The notes below the pieces were generated by a model that did no database searches, was not told the DNA's origin, and worked only from the letters and a program-made list of their open reading frames with translations. From NCBI RefSeq assembly GCF_902713615.1, contig NW_024055744.1, positions 470,593-534,592 of the forward strand: 64,000 nucleotides of DNA. The letters run 5' to 3'. This DNA is from Scyliorhinus canicula (lineage: Eukaryota). Shown one piece after another: positions 47,761 through 60,904 of the stretch; the first letter of the stretch is position 1; the number at the start of each line of letters is the position of its first letter. The translations under genes and the position numbers were made by a program.

Positions 47761-48264
47761 NNNNNNNNNNNNNNNNNNNNNNNNNNNNNNNNNNNNNNNN
47801 NNNNNNNNNNNNNNNNNNNNNNNNNNNNNNNNNNNNNNNNNNNNNNNNNNNNNNNNNNNNNNNNNNNNNNNNNNNNNNNNNNNNNNNNNNNNNNNNNNNN
47901 NNNNNNNNNNNNNNNNNNNNNNNNNNNNNNNNNNNNNNNNNNNNNNNNNNNNNNNNNNNNNNNNNNNNNNNNNNNNNNNNNNNNNNNNNNNNNNNNNNNN
48001 NNNNNNNNNNNNNNNNNNNNNNNNNNNNNNNNNNNNNNNNNNNNNNNNNNNNNNNNNNNNNNNNNNNNNNNNNNNNNNNNNNNNNNNNNNNNNNNNNNNN
48101 NNNNNNNNNNNNNNNNNNNNNNNNNNNNNNNNNNNNNNNNNNNNNNNNNNNNNNNNNNNNNNNNNNNNNNNNNNNNNNNNNNNNNNNNNNNNNNNNNNNN
48201 NNNNNNNNNNNNNNNNNNNNNNNNNNNNNNNNNNNNNNNNNNNNNNNNNNNNNNNNNTACTAAA

Positions 48265-48612
48265 TGCTTTTTATTCGTTCATGGGAAGTGGATGTCGCTG
48301 GCTGATCCTGCAGTTCTTACCCATCCCTGAGGGCATTTAAGAGTCAACGACATTGCTGTGGAGTCATCTGGAGTCATATGTAGGTCAGACTAGTTAAGGG
48401 CGACAGATGTCCTTCCCTGAAGGACATCAGTGAACCAGATGCGGATTGATTCCACAGAACAATGGTTTCTTGGTCATCATTATACTTTTAATTCCAGATC
48501 TTTCTTGATTCACATTTCACCACCTGCCGTGGTGGGAGCCCGGGTCCCCAGAGCTTGACTCTGGGTCTCTGGATTACTAATCCAGCGACAATACCACTGC
48601 GCCACTGCCTTG
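48265..48612 (-). mobile_element. Deu-domain SINE (SacSINE1-like)
   Basis: Reverse: GGCAGTGGCGCAGTGGTATTGTCGCTGGATTAGTAATCCAGAG...TGTCCTTCAGGGAAGGA...TGACTCC; related copies at ~1250-1450, 9260-9490 and 60310-60830. Confidence 0.7.
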
Positions 48613-49649
48613 TGCGTGGAAAGGGGAACTCACTTGTGTTTGGAAGAATATATTTTGTCGAGTCAATAACTATTAGCTGTTACGGAATTTTGTTGCAAAG
48701 GCAAAAACATAATTAAAACTCCTGAGGATCTGTTCACATCTCTTTGTTTCAGACGACACCTAGATTAATTAATGTCTCTGTTTTCTACTCTCAGACTTAA
48801 TTCACTTACAGAAGCACAATGAATAACTATTTGGTGTTGTGTGATTGGTCTGGTAATGGGTGTGTAATATTTTGCTGAAAGATCGGAGTGAATCTTGTGC
48901 CATTCACTTCATCACCAGACTGAGGAACAGGAATAAAGGAGCCATATTGAAAATCAAATTACACAACACAGTCACAAACTCCATTGTGGTAGACATGCCT
49001 AATTCAGCCTTGTGTTCATCTGTGGCAATTACCCACTGTTTCCTTTCATTGTCCGAATTGTCTTTCACACTTTTTGCTGAATGGATTTCTGTTTGCTTTT
49101 GGTGTGGCCACTGATTGTGAGAGACAGAGTTCTGAAACTGTCTGTGTGTGTATGTGTGTGTGTCTGTGTGTGGATATGTGTGCGCCTGTATGTCTATAAG
49201 GGCCGGTTGGTCTGGAACACATCATTATTCATTGTTTGCAAAATGGCGTTGCCATTAATTGCAATTATTTTTCAGCACATGCCGACATTTTATTGAGATT
49301 ACCTTCCAGATCCTATGCTCCACTCAATATTTACAGGTCTTGAGTGATCTATGCAGTAATATCAAGCTGTCCATTCCATTGAAAAGGCAAATATATCTTT
49401 CAAATTACTTACATATCGGTTCACCTCGCTTTCTCTGTCTCAGGCTGCACCTAAATCAGTTGAACCCGCTTCTCTCTCTGACACGTAACTCACTTACACA
49501 GGCACACAGCAGCCGGGTCAGGCACCTAGTGTTTAAATATGTTTTGTTGAAGGCACTTCATGTCTACAAAAAATTAAGCACTAAAACGTCATCAGAGGAA
49601 AATTCTGTGCCAGAAAGGCACCAGGTCATTCACTTAACCGCTGTCTCTC

Positions 49650-49790
49650 CTCCACTCTCTCTCCCCCCCCCCTCTCTCTGTCCCCCCTCTGTCTCTCCAC
49701 CCCCCCTCTCTCTCTCTCCCTGTCCCCCCCCCCCCCCTCTCTCTCTCTCCCCCCGCCATTCTTTCTCTCTCCCTCTCTTTCTGTCTAGAT
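49650..49790. repeat. C/T-rich low-complexity tract
   Basis: Directly visible CT/poly-C runs. Confidence 0.9.
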
Positions 49791-51579
49791 CCCGCTCTCA
49801 GACATCAAGTGACTTCAAACTTCCTACTTTAGTAGAAAGTTAACAGATTGTTGTTTTAATTTCCCTTCATCTCTCCATATTATTATTATTATTGTGACCA
49901 GTGAAGATCATCTGTGCACCTCCCGATCGGTTACTGTGTTTCCAAACACATAATCCAACTTTTTCAAGGGAATGAGAATGGAGGTTAATGTAATGCTGAG
50001 ACAGGCATCAATCTGTGTGGGTGTTCTTGATGCTGTCAGAGTGAGTTCACCCTCACGGGCAGGACGCCTGTTCACGGTGATAACATGAAACTGACGCCTG
50101 CTGTTTCATTCTCAGGTAACACAACTTCCTGTTTCTCTGCTGCCGGTTCCAAACCGCACATCTCACTTCTGAGCAGAAAATAAATCCAGGGACCACAATC
50201 TGGTGAGTACATCTGTTAATGCGGCTTATATCTGCCCACAGAGTCAGTGCAGACTCACACTGATCATATTGCGGTGACATTTACAAATGAACCTGTTGTG
50301 ATCTGTTCAAAACTTCCATTCCAGGACATAACTGGATGGTCAGTGGATCAGTCACTGAGTTCCCCCGGTTCTCTGAAACCAGGAAATTATATCTTGCTCC
50401 CTTTCACTATTTTATCATACTCCCTCTCCCTGTGTAATTTATTTTGATTGTTTGTCAGCTTTTATCTCTCAACAAAGTGTATTTCTATCTCCTCTTCAAA
50501 TGTCTTCGCTCAGTTTTAATCTGTATCAAGTTAGATGGTTCAACTATAATCATTGTCCAGGCACCTTTTCTGTATCTACCCTTTTCCTTAATTGAGCCCG
50601 ACTAAAATGCAATCATTATCCAGCTTTGCCCGCGTGCTCATCCTATCTTTTGACAGAGGCTGGGTGTATGTCGATAATTGTCAGGAATATTTCAGAGGTT
50701 CATCGCTGTTTACAATCCATTCTGTGAAAAAAGTAATACTGGATAGAACCGGCTTCGAAAAAGCATGATTATCTTTTGTGGCACTAATTCTTCCTGTGAT
50801 GAGGTTTTGACTTTTGAAGTTTGACTTCCAATTTGATGATTTAAACATCAGCCTCCGTAAACTGCCGTATCCGGCTCATGTATGTCTGTGTAGATGAAGA
50901 ACTGTGGTTAAGAATAAGAAACTGATGTTTTCAGTTCCTCTGCCAGATGCACCATTATCTCTCAGATATCAGAAAACTCTGTCATCCACCATGATTGTCC
51001 TCATATTGGGTCTCTCATAAATGTTTCCAATCCCTTTTATTGTACGGCAGACTGGACTCAGGCCCGCATCTTTGCTTTCATACAGATTCACTTCCTAATC
51101 AAATTAGGCCCCATGCCTCCCTTCATATTAAGAACAGTCTCTGTTATTGATAAACTGGAGCCTGTCCCTGTGATTATTATTATACCAGACCCCAGTCTGA
51201 CCCCGGACCTGACCCCTAACTCCATGAACTGATTAACTTATTGTGTCATTGTATTTACATTCAATTCCACTGTCAGCTCGGTAAGATTTGAATACAGGGC
51301 CTCAGTGAGTTAGGTTGGGCATCTCAATAACTAGCCCAGTGATATTACCGTTACCATGCTACCGTCTCTTTAAGCAGAGTCAGAGGTTGCTTTCAGTGCA
51401 GAAGAAGGTCGTACAGCACGGCATGTATTTGTCAGCATCAATTGACCAGGCCACCGCCACACAGTCAAACAGTCCAGTCCACATCCTTACCACTCACTGG
51501 GTGAAAACGTTTCTCTCATGTCCCCATGATTTTTTTCCCAATTCCTTTCAACCTGTGTCCTCTGGTACACGATCGTCCC

Positions 51580-51885
51580 ACTAATAATAATAATCTTTAT
51601 TGTCACAAGTAGTTAACACTGCAATGAAGTTACTGTAAAACTCCCCTAGTCGCCACAATCCAGCGCCTGTTCGGGTACACAGAGAGAGAATTCCAATGTC
51701 CAATTCACCTAACAGCACGTCTTTTGTGACTTGTGGGAGGAAACAGGAGCACCCGGAGGTAACCCATGCAGACACGGTGAGAACGTGCAGACCCAGCAAC
51801 AAACAGTGACCCCCAAGCCGGGAATAGAACCTGGGATCCTGGCGCTATGAAGCAACAGTGCTAACCACTGTGCTACCGCGCCGCC
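51580..51885 (-). mobile_element. HE1-related SINE with GTGGCGACTAGGG...CACAGTAACTTCATTGCAGTG tail
   Basis: Same subtype on + at 35060-35320. Confidence 0.8.
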
Positions 51886-54024
51886 GAATGAGGTCACTTC
51901 CTCCATATCTACTCTGTCTCGAACTCTCATGATTTCGAATACCTCTGCCAGATGGCTTCTCAACTTGCCCGTCAAGGCAAACAGTCGCAATGTCTCCAAT
52001 CTCTCTTGGTCACTGAAGTTGCTAATCTCTGGAATCATTTGCGTGAATATTTTCTGCATACATCTTTATGACTTCACATCCTCCCCCACGTGTGTTGCCC
52101 ACAATCCTTCAGTATAGTCCGAATCAGAATTTAACATAACTTCCTTTCCACTGTATTCTATTCTAAGGCGATATGCTCAAGTGAATAAAGCAATGGCTCG
52201 GTAGGGAGGAGTATAAACTCAGAGGATTATAAACAAGGGAGAGGTTTACTGCAGTAATAACTGAAACAGAAGTAGGGCCCAGCGTTATACAGCAGACATG
52301 CAGACAGTAAGGTAAACAGGAGCCTGGTGCAGTGCTAGTAAAAACTGCGGCAGTCCCAGTGGAATAGAAACCAAGACACCTGATAACGTAGGAATAAATA
52401 AGAAAAGTGGTAGAACTGTACAAAAATAATTCAAGCAAACCCGAGTCTAATATAAAGATAAAGGTAGTGTTTTACACAATTGTTTGGGGTAGTGTTTATC
52501 ATGATATACACTGCATAGGATACAAGGTTCAGTAGAGCAATAGCTGAAATATTTCCTTGCACATTATAAACAGAGGCATAAAATATTGTATTGACAACTC
52601 AATCAATGGATAGTGTAATATAACCAAATGATTTACCTAATGCATTAAAAATGAAACAGGGTCCAGTGTAATTTACCGGGAGGCAGGAAACGTGCACAAT
52701 AAACAGTGACACTGTTTTGTGTAGTGGGAGCAAATACAGAGTCCAGAGTAATATTAACACAGGCCGGGCGTTGCCCAGCAATTCATGAAGATTGTCCAGT
52801 GCAATATAAGCAGAGACGGGATTTGTTATAATACAAACATGGAAATGATTAATTTCAGTAACTTGTTCGGCGATCACTCACTAGCAGGTATGATTGTCCA
52901 CCTATGAAACTCTGTGCAGGTCATGGGTTCTGTGAGTATAAAACAGTACGAAGCGGGCTCGAATGTGGGGTAATAACTGAGACTGATTGAAATATGAAAT
53001 GTACCTCCGGAAAATGTCGATTTTGTGATGTGAATGGATTTCAACTTCCCATGAGCTTCTCTCAAATGTGATTGTAAAGTTGTTGACAAATTGGGTATCA
53101 ACATTTATTGGAGAGAGGGAAACCTGTATTTATTTTGCCTGTGCGCTTTCGAATGTGACAAGGTAAATAAGTTGAACAATCCAAGTAGGTTCTAGGAGGG
53201 CTGGAAGATCTGAAATCACTGAGATTCTTTCACAAGGCTTAGGGCAGCATGATTGTGATAACCTCCAGGAACATTAGCTTGGCAGTTATTGGCTGATTCA
53301 ATGTATGTCCTGCAGAATACCGGCAAAGATTGGTATTTCCAGGCAGAAGCTGAACAGTGGTTCCTGGGATTTGCTGCCACCTTGTGGTAGATGTTAGAGA
53401 TTCCTCCAGCAATACTTCATTCGTGGGCAGAGAATTATCGTTTACGAGTTTCATTTACAGTACATTTTGAAGGGGAAATGGTTGTGGTAATTAAATAGTT
53501 ACATTTAGTGCATGACAAGCACAGTAAACCAGTCAGATTGCAGATAACTTTGCCAGCAATGGTAATACATAATGTTTGATCAGAGCACACAGGTTGGAAG
53601 TGGTGCAACGTCGATCTAAAATAAGTCTTCAGCTGCAATGAATATCCCAGTCTTTCTCTGGCACTTGTAAGGATGACGAAACATCACCTCTGCCCCTAAG
53701 TCGTGAATTACTTCCTTGCAAATGTCCTTGATATTTCTTCACTGCCTGAAACTCGCATTATTCACATTCTGAGATGTCGTATCCGTTACGTTTTAGTCGC
53801 TCTATTCTAGCCTTTGCGCACTGTCCTTTCCAGGGTTTGTAACTCACTACAGCAATCTTTCTAACATTTTCGCAATCAAGCTTCTGTATTCAGTCAGTTC
53901 CTGACCATTTGTTCCAATGCTTGGAACGCAGCAGGCATGTCTTTCCTCAATTATACATTGTTCATAAGATCAAATCAGGCCCTGAAAGTAAACTCTAAGG
54001 ACATCAAGCTGAGATGAGATGTGA

Positions 54025-54720
54025 GGGCAGCACGGTCGCACAAATGGATAGCACTATGGCTTCACTGCGCCAGGATCCCAGGTTCGATTCCCTGCTGGGT
54101 CACTGTCTGTATGGAGTCTGCACGTTTTCCCCGCGTCTGCATGGGTTTCCTCCGGGTGCTCCGGTTTCCTCCCACAATCCAAAGATGTGCAGGTTAGGTG
54201 GATTGGCCATGCTAAATTGCCCTAAGGGACCAAAAAATTGCCCTCAGTGACCGAAAAAAAGGGTTAGATGGGGTATTGGGTTACGGGGACAGGGTGGAAG
54301 TGGGTCGGTGCAGACTCAATGGGCAGAATGGCCTCCTTCTGCAGTCTAATGAGGGATTTTTTTAGGGGCAGCAGGGTAGCATGGTGGTTAGCATAAATGC
54401 TTCACAGCTCCAGGGTCCCAGGTTCGATTCCCGGCTGGGTCACTGTCTGTGTGGAGTCTGCACGTCCTCCCCCTGTGTGCGTGGGTTTCCTCCGGGTGCT
54501 CCGGTTTCCTCCCACAGTCCAAAGATGTGCGGGTTAGGTGGATTGGCCATGCTAAATTGCCCGTAGTGTCCTAATGAAAGTAAGGTTGTTGGGGGGGGGG
54601 GGGAGGTTGTTGGGTTATGGGTATAGGGTGGATATGTGGGTTTGAGTAGGGTGATCATGGCTCGGCACAACATTGAGGGCCGAAGGGCCTGTTCTGTGCT
54701 GTACTGTTCTATGTTCTATG
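54025..54720 (+). mobile_element. Two head-to-tail HE1-type SINEs (54025-54350; 54365-54720)
   Basis: Two complete heads and cores; the second ends GTTCTATGTTCTATG. Confidence 0.88.
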
Positions 54721-55125
54721 ACTTGTTTACTCTGTAGATTCTTAGCTTTAAGAGATATTAATATTGCGAAGGGATCAGTCAGACTATTAACATTATTAGG
54801 GCTTTTCTCGCCTGGGTCCATCAGTCTGATACATGATGATATTGTAAACCAATAATGATGTGTGTATTTTCCACGGGTTCATTGTGATTCGGCGATTTAA
54901 GCAGTTCCCCAGGCCACCGGCTGGTTTTTGTTCACTCATATACCGAAATAAACGCCAGCCAATTCTGCCCTCCCAGTGTTACTTCATTAATTGGGCGGAA
55001 TCTATATTCGATGTGAACTATATTAAATGTTGTTTCTGTGGATTGTGCTCGCGGTCTCCGCGCACAGTAAAGGATTCACATCTCGGCCCCAAACAGACAG
55101 CAGCTGTGACCCAGAAAGCAGCGGC

Positions 55126-56200
55126 AGTTTTTGTACGAGGATCTCACTCGCTGCCATCACTGCGATACTCTGTGCGCAATAATAGACCGCGGTGTCAGAC
55201 ATCCGCAGCTCCGAGATGGCCAATCGGTACAACTTCTCTGATTATTGGAGGGTAACTGAAAACCGTTCCTGAGCGAAATCCGCTTTCGCTGGATCACCTC
55301 CGCTCTTGTACATCTGGACAGCAAACTCTGGCTCTCTATCTGGGTACTGACGGTACCGGAATAAATAATAAGCATCATCGGTATACGTGCAGGTTAAAGG
55401 GACATCTTTTCCCTCTGTCTGTGTGAGTGAGGACTCCCGCTGAGTAACAGAGTCTCCATCGCTCAGACCTGCAACACACGATTATAGAAAGTATTAGTCA
55501 TCGATTAAACGTTACACTAAACTCAACTGACCGTCAAAATTTGCAATCAGATTTACATAAAAATAAGTAGAAGTGGGAATGTAAGATAGTAATTCGACCT
55601 CACTGCTATGTTAGCGTTAACCACCCCCTCCCTCTCCATCTCACTCTATCAACAAATTAACCCATTATTTTATTCATCTTCTGTTTCTCTACATTGCTCC
55701 AATGCATCAATACCATTTTCCTCAACTGCTCCATGTGGTAGTGAATTCCACGTTCAAACCGCTCTTTGTGTGACGAGGTTTCTGCTGAATTCCCCATTAG
55801 ATATTTTAATGACGTTTGTTGTAACTCACAGTTTTGGAATTCTCCATAAGGGCAAACATCTTCTTGTATTTCCCATCGAACTCCGTCATGACAACGAGTT
55901 CTATTACATTACCCTTCGGAACACCGTTTAATGGAGAACAGTACCCGAGTTGTAGTGTTATATGACAATATGCCGCATTTATGAAATTATATTCTGTGTG
56001 GTATTCTGTGCCCTATATTCATCTTGTAAAATACATCCAAGAAACGCTTAATGCAAACCAAGGCCGAATCCAGGTACAAGTTTAATATGAATTCCCTGAC
56101 TTTCCAATGTATCCCTCCTGAATTTAAACATTTGTAAAGTTTCAAACTTCTTACCAGCAATGACTATCACCCAGTCCAGAGCGAGAGTGGGGAACCGCAT
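55126..56200 (-). pseudogene. TRAV/TRDV-like: TCR alpha/delta-type V pseudogene: leader, V exon and defective 23-RSS
   Basis: Leader 56200-56155 MRFPTLALDWVIVIA + G|GTAAGA. V exon 55468-55165 GLSDGDSVTQRESSLTQTEGKDVPLTCTYTDDAYYLFRYRQYPDREPEFAVQMYKSGGDPAKADFAQERFSVTLQ*SEKLYRLAISELRMSDTAVYYCAQS. RSS CGCAGTG-23-ACAAAAACT. Confidence 0.92.
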
Positions 56201-56269
56201 CGCTGCTTCTCGGAAAATGCAGGGACTTTTTTGTATCCCACAGAGCAGCAGAATATCTAACAAGAACAG

Positions 56270-56360
56270 GCCATTGGTTGAGGGTGTTCTGATGTCACTT
56301 TCTTCACAACATTGCATAGGCTGAGCTGAGACCGCTGGGTCTGATTGGTCTGATGTCAAT
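56270..56360 (-). promoter_or_regulatory. TCR V promoter: CRE-like decamer AGTGACATCA, second TGACATCA and two CCAAT boxes
   Basis: Minus-strand AGTGACATCA at 56299-56290 equals the conserved TCR V decamer AGTGA(C/T)(A/G)TCA; ~90 bp upstream of the leader ATG. Confidence 0.65.
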
Positions 56361-56632
56361 CTCCAACCACAACGCTGTTCGCTGCAGGCCAAGGAGACAT
56401 TAACCTGACAGTGTGCAGATTAGAGAGAATGAGGAGACCATGTAAACAATTTGATCCTTGATCGATCGAGCGACGCATTGATCGCTACTTGATCTGAGAG
56501 GCGATTCATAATTGGTCCGAGTGATCGTTTGCTATGTAATTGATCTGAAATAGCTCGTCTCGAATTAATAAATATTGAATGCAGATAGAAATGTTCAGTT
56601 TATTTCATCCGCTATCGTTAATAAGAATACAG

Positions 56633-56850
56633 CAAGAAGTCTTACAACACCAGGTTAAAGTCCAACAGGTTTGTTTCGAATCACTAGCCTATCGGAGCGC
56701 TGCTCCTTCCTCAGATTCAACTGAGGAAGGAGCAGTGCTCTGAAAGCTAGCGATCAGAAACAAACCTGTTGGAGTTTAACCTGGTTTTGTAAGACTTCTT
56801 GTTGTGTTCACCTCAGTCCAACGCCGGCAACCCACATCATAGCCACCATC
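56633..56850. mobile_element. Penelope-derived palindromic element (~82-bp inverted arms) with hammerhead ribozyme cores
   Basis: Arms 56633-56714 and 56721-56801, loop ATTCAA; CTGAGGA-A-GGAGC(AGT)GCTCT-GAAA-GCTA at 56721-56749. Confidence 0.8.
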
Positions 56851-57959
56851 GACACGGTTCATAAGAGTGGACTTGTTGATGGTGGGACTGGGGAGGGAGG
56901 CGGTATAGCATTGAAAAGGCACTGAGGTTTCAGCAGCTCAGCGGGAATTTCCTGTCTATTTACATATCTCTAAAGAACAACTGGGGATCATGCTCACTAT
57001 CAAGTGATCAGAGAGCGCCCTCCGCTGTACAGCACAAACCTCACGGATAACATTGGAAATCCGCACAGACACTCAGCAAATGAACACACAGGGACACACA
57101 CGCCTTCACAGACAGGTAGACACAGTCGATGGCCATGCCGAATTTTTTTTAAACTGGTCAAATGACCGAAACTGTGAGAGAACAATTTACCTTGCATTGC
57201 CACTGGAGGCTCAGGTCATCATGTTTCTGTGTTCATTGCACAGAATAATTTAAAGTCATAAGGTATTGATGGATGTGGATGCAGTTTAGATTGTCCTTTC
57301 AGAAAGCCCCACCGGCTGCAATTGGTCCTCAGTTGTTCAGTCGGAAATTGCAGTTTATTTTGATTCTCTCACGTTTTGCGAAGGATTGGTCCAACAATCC
57401 TTCAATTTCTGTGTGACCAAGGATTAGTTGATGAAGTCCTAACAGATTATTTTTAGATTTTCCTTTCAACCAAAACCGTTAAAACTGAATAACGAAGCTT
57501 TTGGATCGCCTGTGCAGTACCCCGATGCATGACGGTCCTCAGCAACGAAGACAGTGTCTCTGTTATTGGTTGACTACAGCTCCGTACGTTTCAGCCAAGA
57601 CCGTCTCTAATTTATGCCCTTGTTGGTCAATGTTAAAAAATCCTTTGTTGTTATTAACGTCCTGTCTGCATTCTCTGTCCAGATGGATCATGGCTTCAGG
57701 GAGATTCACAATATTCTAGACCACATTACTGAAGTGACACTTAGGAAGGTTCAAACGTTGGGAAGTTCACTTACAGAGGGACAATAAACACCGAAAGTGC
57801 CAGGCAAGCTGTGCTTCTGTTTCTTGTTAATTAGGCATCACTTTTCTTGTTTTATTATAGGCCATGTCCATAATATCTACAAACGTTTTAGGGTGAAATG
57901 GTTGTTGCAAATTTACGCTCGACAGCAAAATAAATGAACTAATGAAACATTCCAGCGTC

Positions 57960-59120
57960 TGGGAATCTGTGATGGTGACAACATTGAAGATCTGGAGGCT
58001 GTTGAGGCAGAACTTTAAGTTGGGGGCTGGGTCAGGGGGATGCCGATTCGGGGGAATCATAGATTCGAGCAGGGGAGGCTGGATAGGTGTTTCGGAAATG
58101 GAAGGAGAGGGGGATTAAAGTCTGAAAAGATCTGTTCCCGGGAGGAAGTTTTGAGAAGTTAAGGCGGAAGATCGGATTGGCACAAGAGGAAAAGTTTAGG
58201 TATCTGCAAGTGCGAGACTTTGTAAGTAAGGAGTTTCCGAGCATCCCGATAGCGCCAGCACCCTCGCTTTTGGTGGACAGGGTGGGAGAAGGGGGTTGTG
58301 TTGGCGATTTATGGGAAGATTTTGGAGGAAGGTAGGGTGTCCATGGAAGGAATTAAATCCAAATGGGAAGAAGAGTTGGGGGAGGTAATGGAAGAAGGTC
58401 TGTAGTGTGAGGGTGAATGCCCCAACCTCCTGAGAGAGGTTGGTGCTGATACAATTGAAAGTCTTGTAAAGTCTCACCTCACAAAGATAAGGATGAGTCG
58501 ATTCTTTGAAGGGGAGACGATGTTTGCGTGCGCTATGGGATGGGCCCCGCAAAGCATGTACATGGTTTTGGATCCTGCCCAACCTGGAGAGGTATTGGAG
58601 GGACATCTTTTGACATCATGTCGGGTGTGTTGTATGTGGATTTGGAGCCGGGTCCCCTAGTGGCCATTTTCGGGATGTTGAACCGGCCCGAGCATCAGGT
58701 GGGTGTGGGGGCAGACGTTTCCGTCTTCGCCTCGCTGACTGCTCGGAGGTGGGTCCTGCTGGGGCGGCGGTCGGCTTCTCCACTCTGTACCTCGGCGTGG
58801 CGGGGGGTCAGATAGGAATTCCTGATCCTGGCGAAGGTGACATTTGAGCTAAGAGATGCTAAGAGGCCTACAATTCATGTGGTTTATTTATCATGCACTT
58901 TCGGGAACTTGTTGTCCAACGCTGTGTGTGTGTGTGTGTTTGTGGGGGGAAGGGGGGGAGGGGGGTTGGTTTCTTATTTCTGTTTTTTAACTTATTGTTT
59001 TGGAATTTGAGAGTCGATGTTTCAGAATGTATATTGACGGGGCCGTTTTTGCGGTTGTTTGTTTTGTTGTTTGTATGATTGAAATTATGAAAATGTGGTG
59101 AATAAAAGGGTTTAAAAAAA
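57960..59120 (+). mobile_element. L1/Tx1-clade LINE ORF2 3' fragment with 3' UTR and poly(A) signal
   Basis: KFRYLQVRDF...SMEGIKSKWEEELG...LIQLKVL...HVHGFGSCP (C-terminal Cys/His region)...PLVAIFG; AATAAA at ~59101 followed by an A-tract. Confidence 0.85.
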
Positions 59121-60904
59121 GCAATACCATTCAGTAATATTCCCGAATATATCGAGAATCGCTCTTTCACACGTGGATCTGCACCAGATCTCGCTCTAAG
59201 CCCTATCTTTGTCCGAAACTTGATGAGCCGCCAATTCACCGCGGAGGGAGCTGACGGCTGAGTGTTAGACTAGAGGACATTTCTTGCCCCCGTTACTCTT
59301 CACTGCAAACAATAATCTTTTTAGGGCCTATATCTAAATTCCGGATTCTCTCGCACAAAATAAGGTTTTCTGGTAAAGTGGTAGCGACCGAACGTCTGGC
59401 TCAGAAACTCCGAGTTCAGGTCCTACTTCAGGACATGGTGGCCACAGAAGTCACGTTTCAAACGTGACCGAACAAGTTGATACCAGCCTATTAATCCTTC
59501 CAATATACCTGATGACAGGTGATAAGTGCGGGAGAGATTCGTTATCAGCCATAGTGCTGAACAGAACGGCAAACCACTGCAGCACTTTGTCAAGCGTGAT
59601 CATGGCCAAATGAGTGAGAGTTTATGATCACTAACACCCCTAGGGAGTGACCTCAATAACGCATTGCATTCCAATATCACTGGGAACTCAGAATAACAAG
59701 GTGAGCATAATGTTTCGAAACAATATAATTCCTCGATGTATTATTGAGCGAAAGGGCGAATTCTCTCTTTACGACCTCGTGCAGAGGATCGAAATTGGAA
59801 TTGTGAGAAAGGAGAAATCAAAGAAAGGGACATATAACGAGTGCGAATACACAGCCCAAAGGTCCGAAAATGAGACAAACAATATATTCCGGAATTACGG
59901 AGAACGCATTTTCCTTTCACCTCATTGATATTTCTCTTGATCTATTTCTGTAGTCGAATTGTGCGAAACAGAGCTCTCAATAAAAAGTCGTGGGAAACTG
60001 CGCATTGACGAACTTACAATTAATTGATGTTGCGGACACAATAAAATTCCCTGGGTCACCGGTAGATGGTGCAGTTGTTAAATGTTTTTGCTATTGCCAA
60101 CTGGAAATGATCGAGGCAATCATTGTGGCAGCGTTGCTATTGGCAGCGGCTGTGGTGCGGGGTTGGTGTGGGGAGGATTTGTGTTCCTGCTCCAACTGAA
60201 ATTCCCCGAACTGCATGGTTACAGACTCAGGGTGAAGGAAGCGGAAACATTGCATCACTTATGGGATAACATTCCCGTCCATTCAAAAATTCCCTGGTCC
60301 TCCTGATTGCTGGACCTCAGATATTACCGTTGGTCAAATGATAATAACCTCATTTTTTCGATTAAATTTCCACCAGCAGGGCAAGTGGTGAAAATTTAAT
60401 CCAATAAATATCTGGAATTAAAGTCTACTGATGACCATCAAACCATTGTCGATTGTCGTAAATAAAAAAACAGCTTGTTGATTAATGTCCTTTAGGGAAG
60501 GAAATTTGCCGTTATTTCCTGGTCTGGCCTACATGTGCCTCCAGTCCAACAGCAACATGGTTAACTCTTAGCTGCCTTGTCAAATGGCCTAGCAAGCCAC
60601 TCAGTGTAGCAAACCGCTACAAAGTCAATACAAAATGGAAAGAAACCAGACGGACTACCCGGCATCGGCCCAGGCACAACGGTAAACTGAGCCCTGTCTG
60701 CCCTGCAAAGTCCTCCAAAATTAGGCAAGCACCAGCCTGCGATAGTCATGCGAACAGAATCATACCTTATAGATAATGTCCCAGTCACAACCATCAACAT
60801 CATGGGGTATGTCCTGTGTCACTGGCAAGACAAAGCCAGCAGAGATAGCGACACAGTAGTATACAGTCAGGAGGGAGATACTCTGGGAGTCCTCAATATT
60901 GATT

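Noticed and set aside
47744-48340. ORFs of 171-198 aa
   Set aside because: Almost entirely N gap.
52874-53638. ORFs with faint Ig C-domain-like endings (…TLNQPITAKL)
   Set aside because: No correctly spaced Cys-Trp-Cys and no coherent splice sites.
54923-54965. GGTTTTTGT nonamer near the TCR V
   Set aside because: No heptamer at 12 or 23 bp. Other CACTGTG/CACAGTG hits (24618, 25045 and within SINEs) also lack nonamers.
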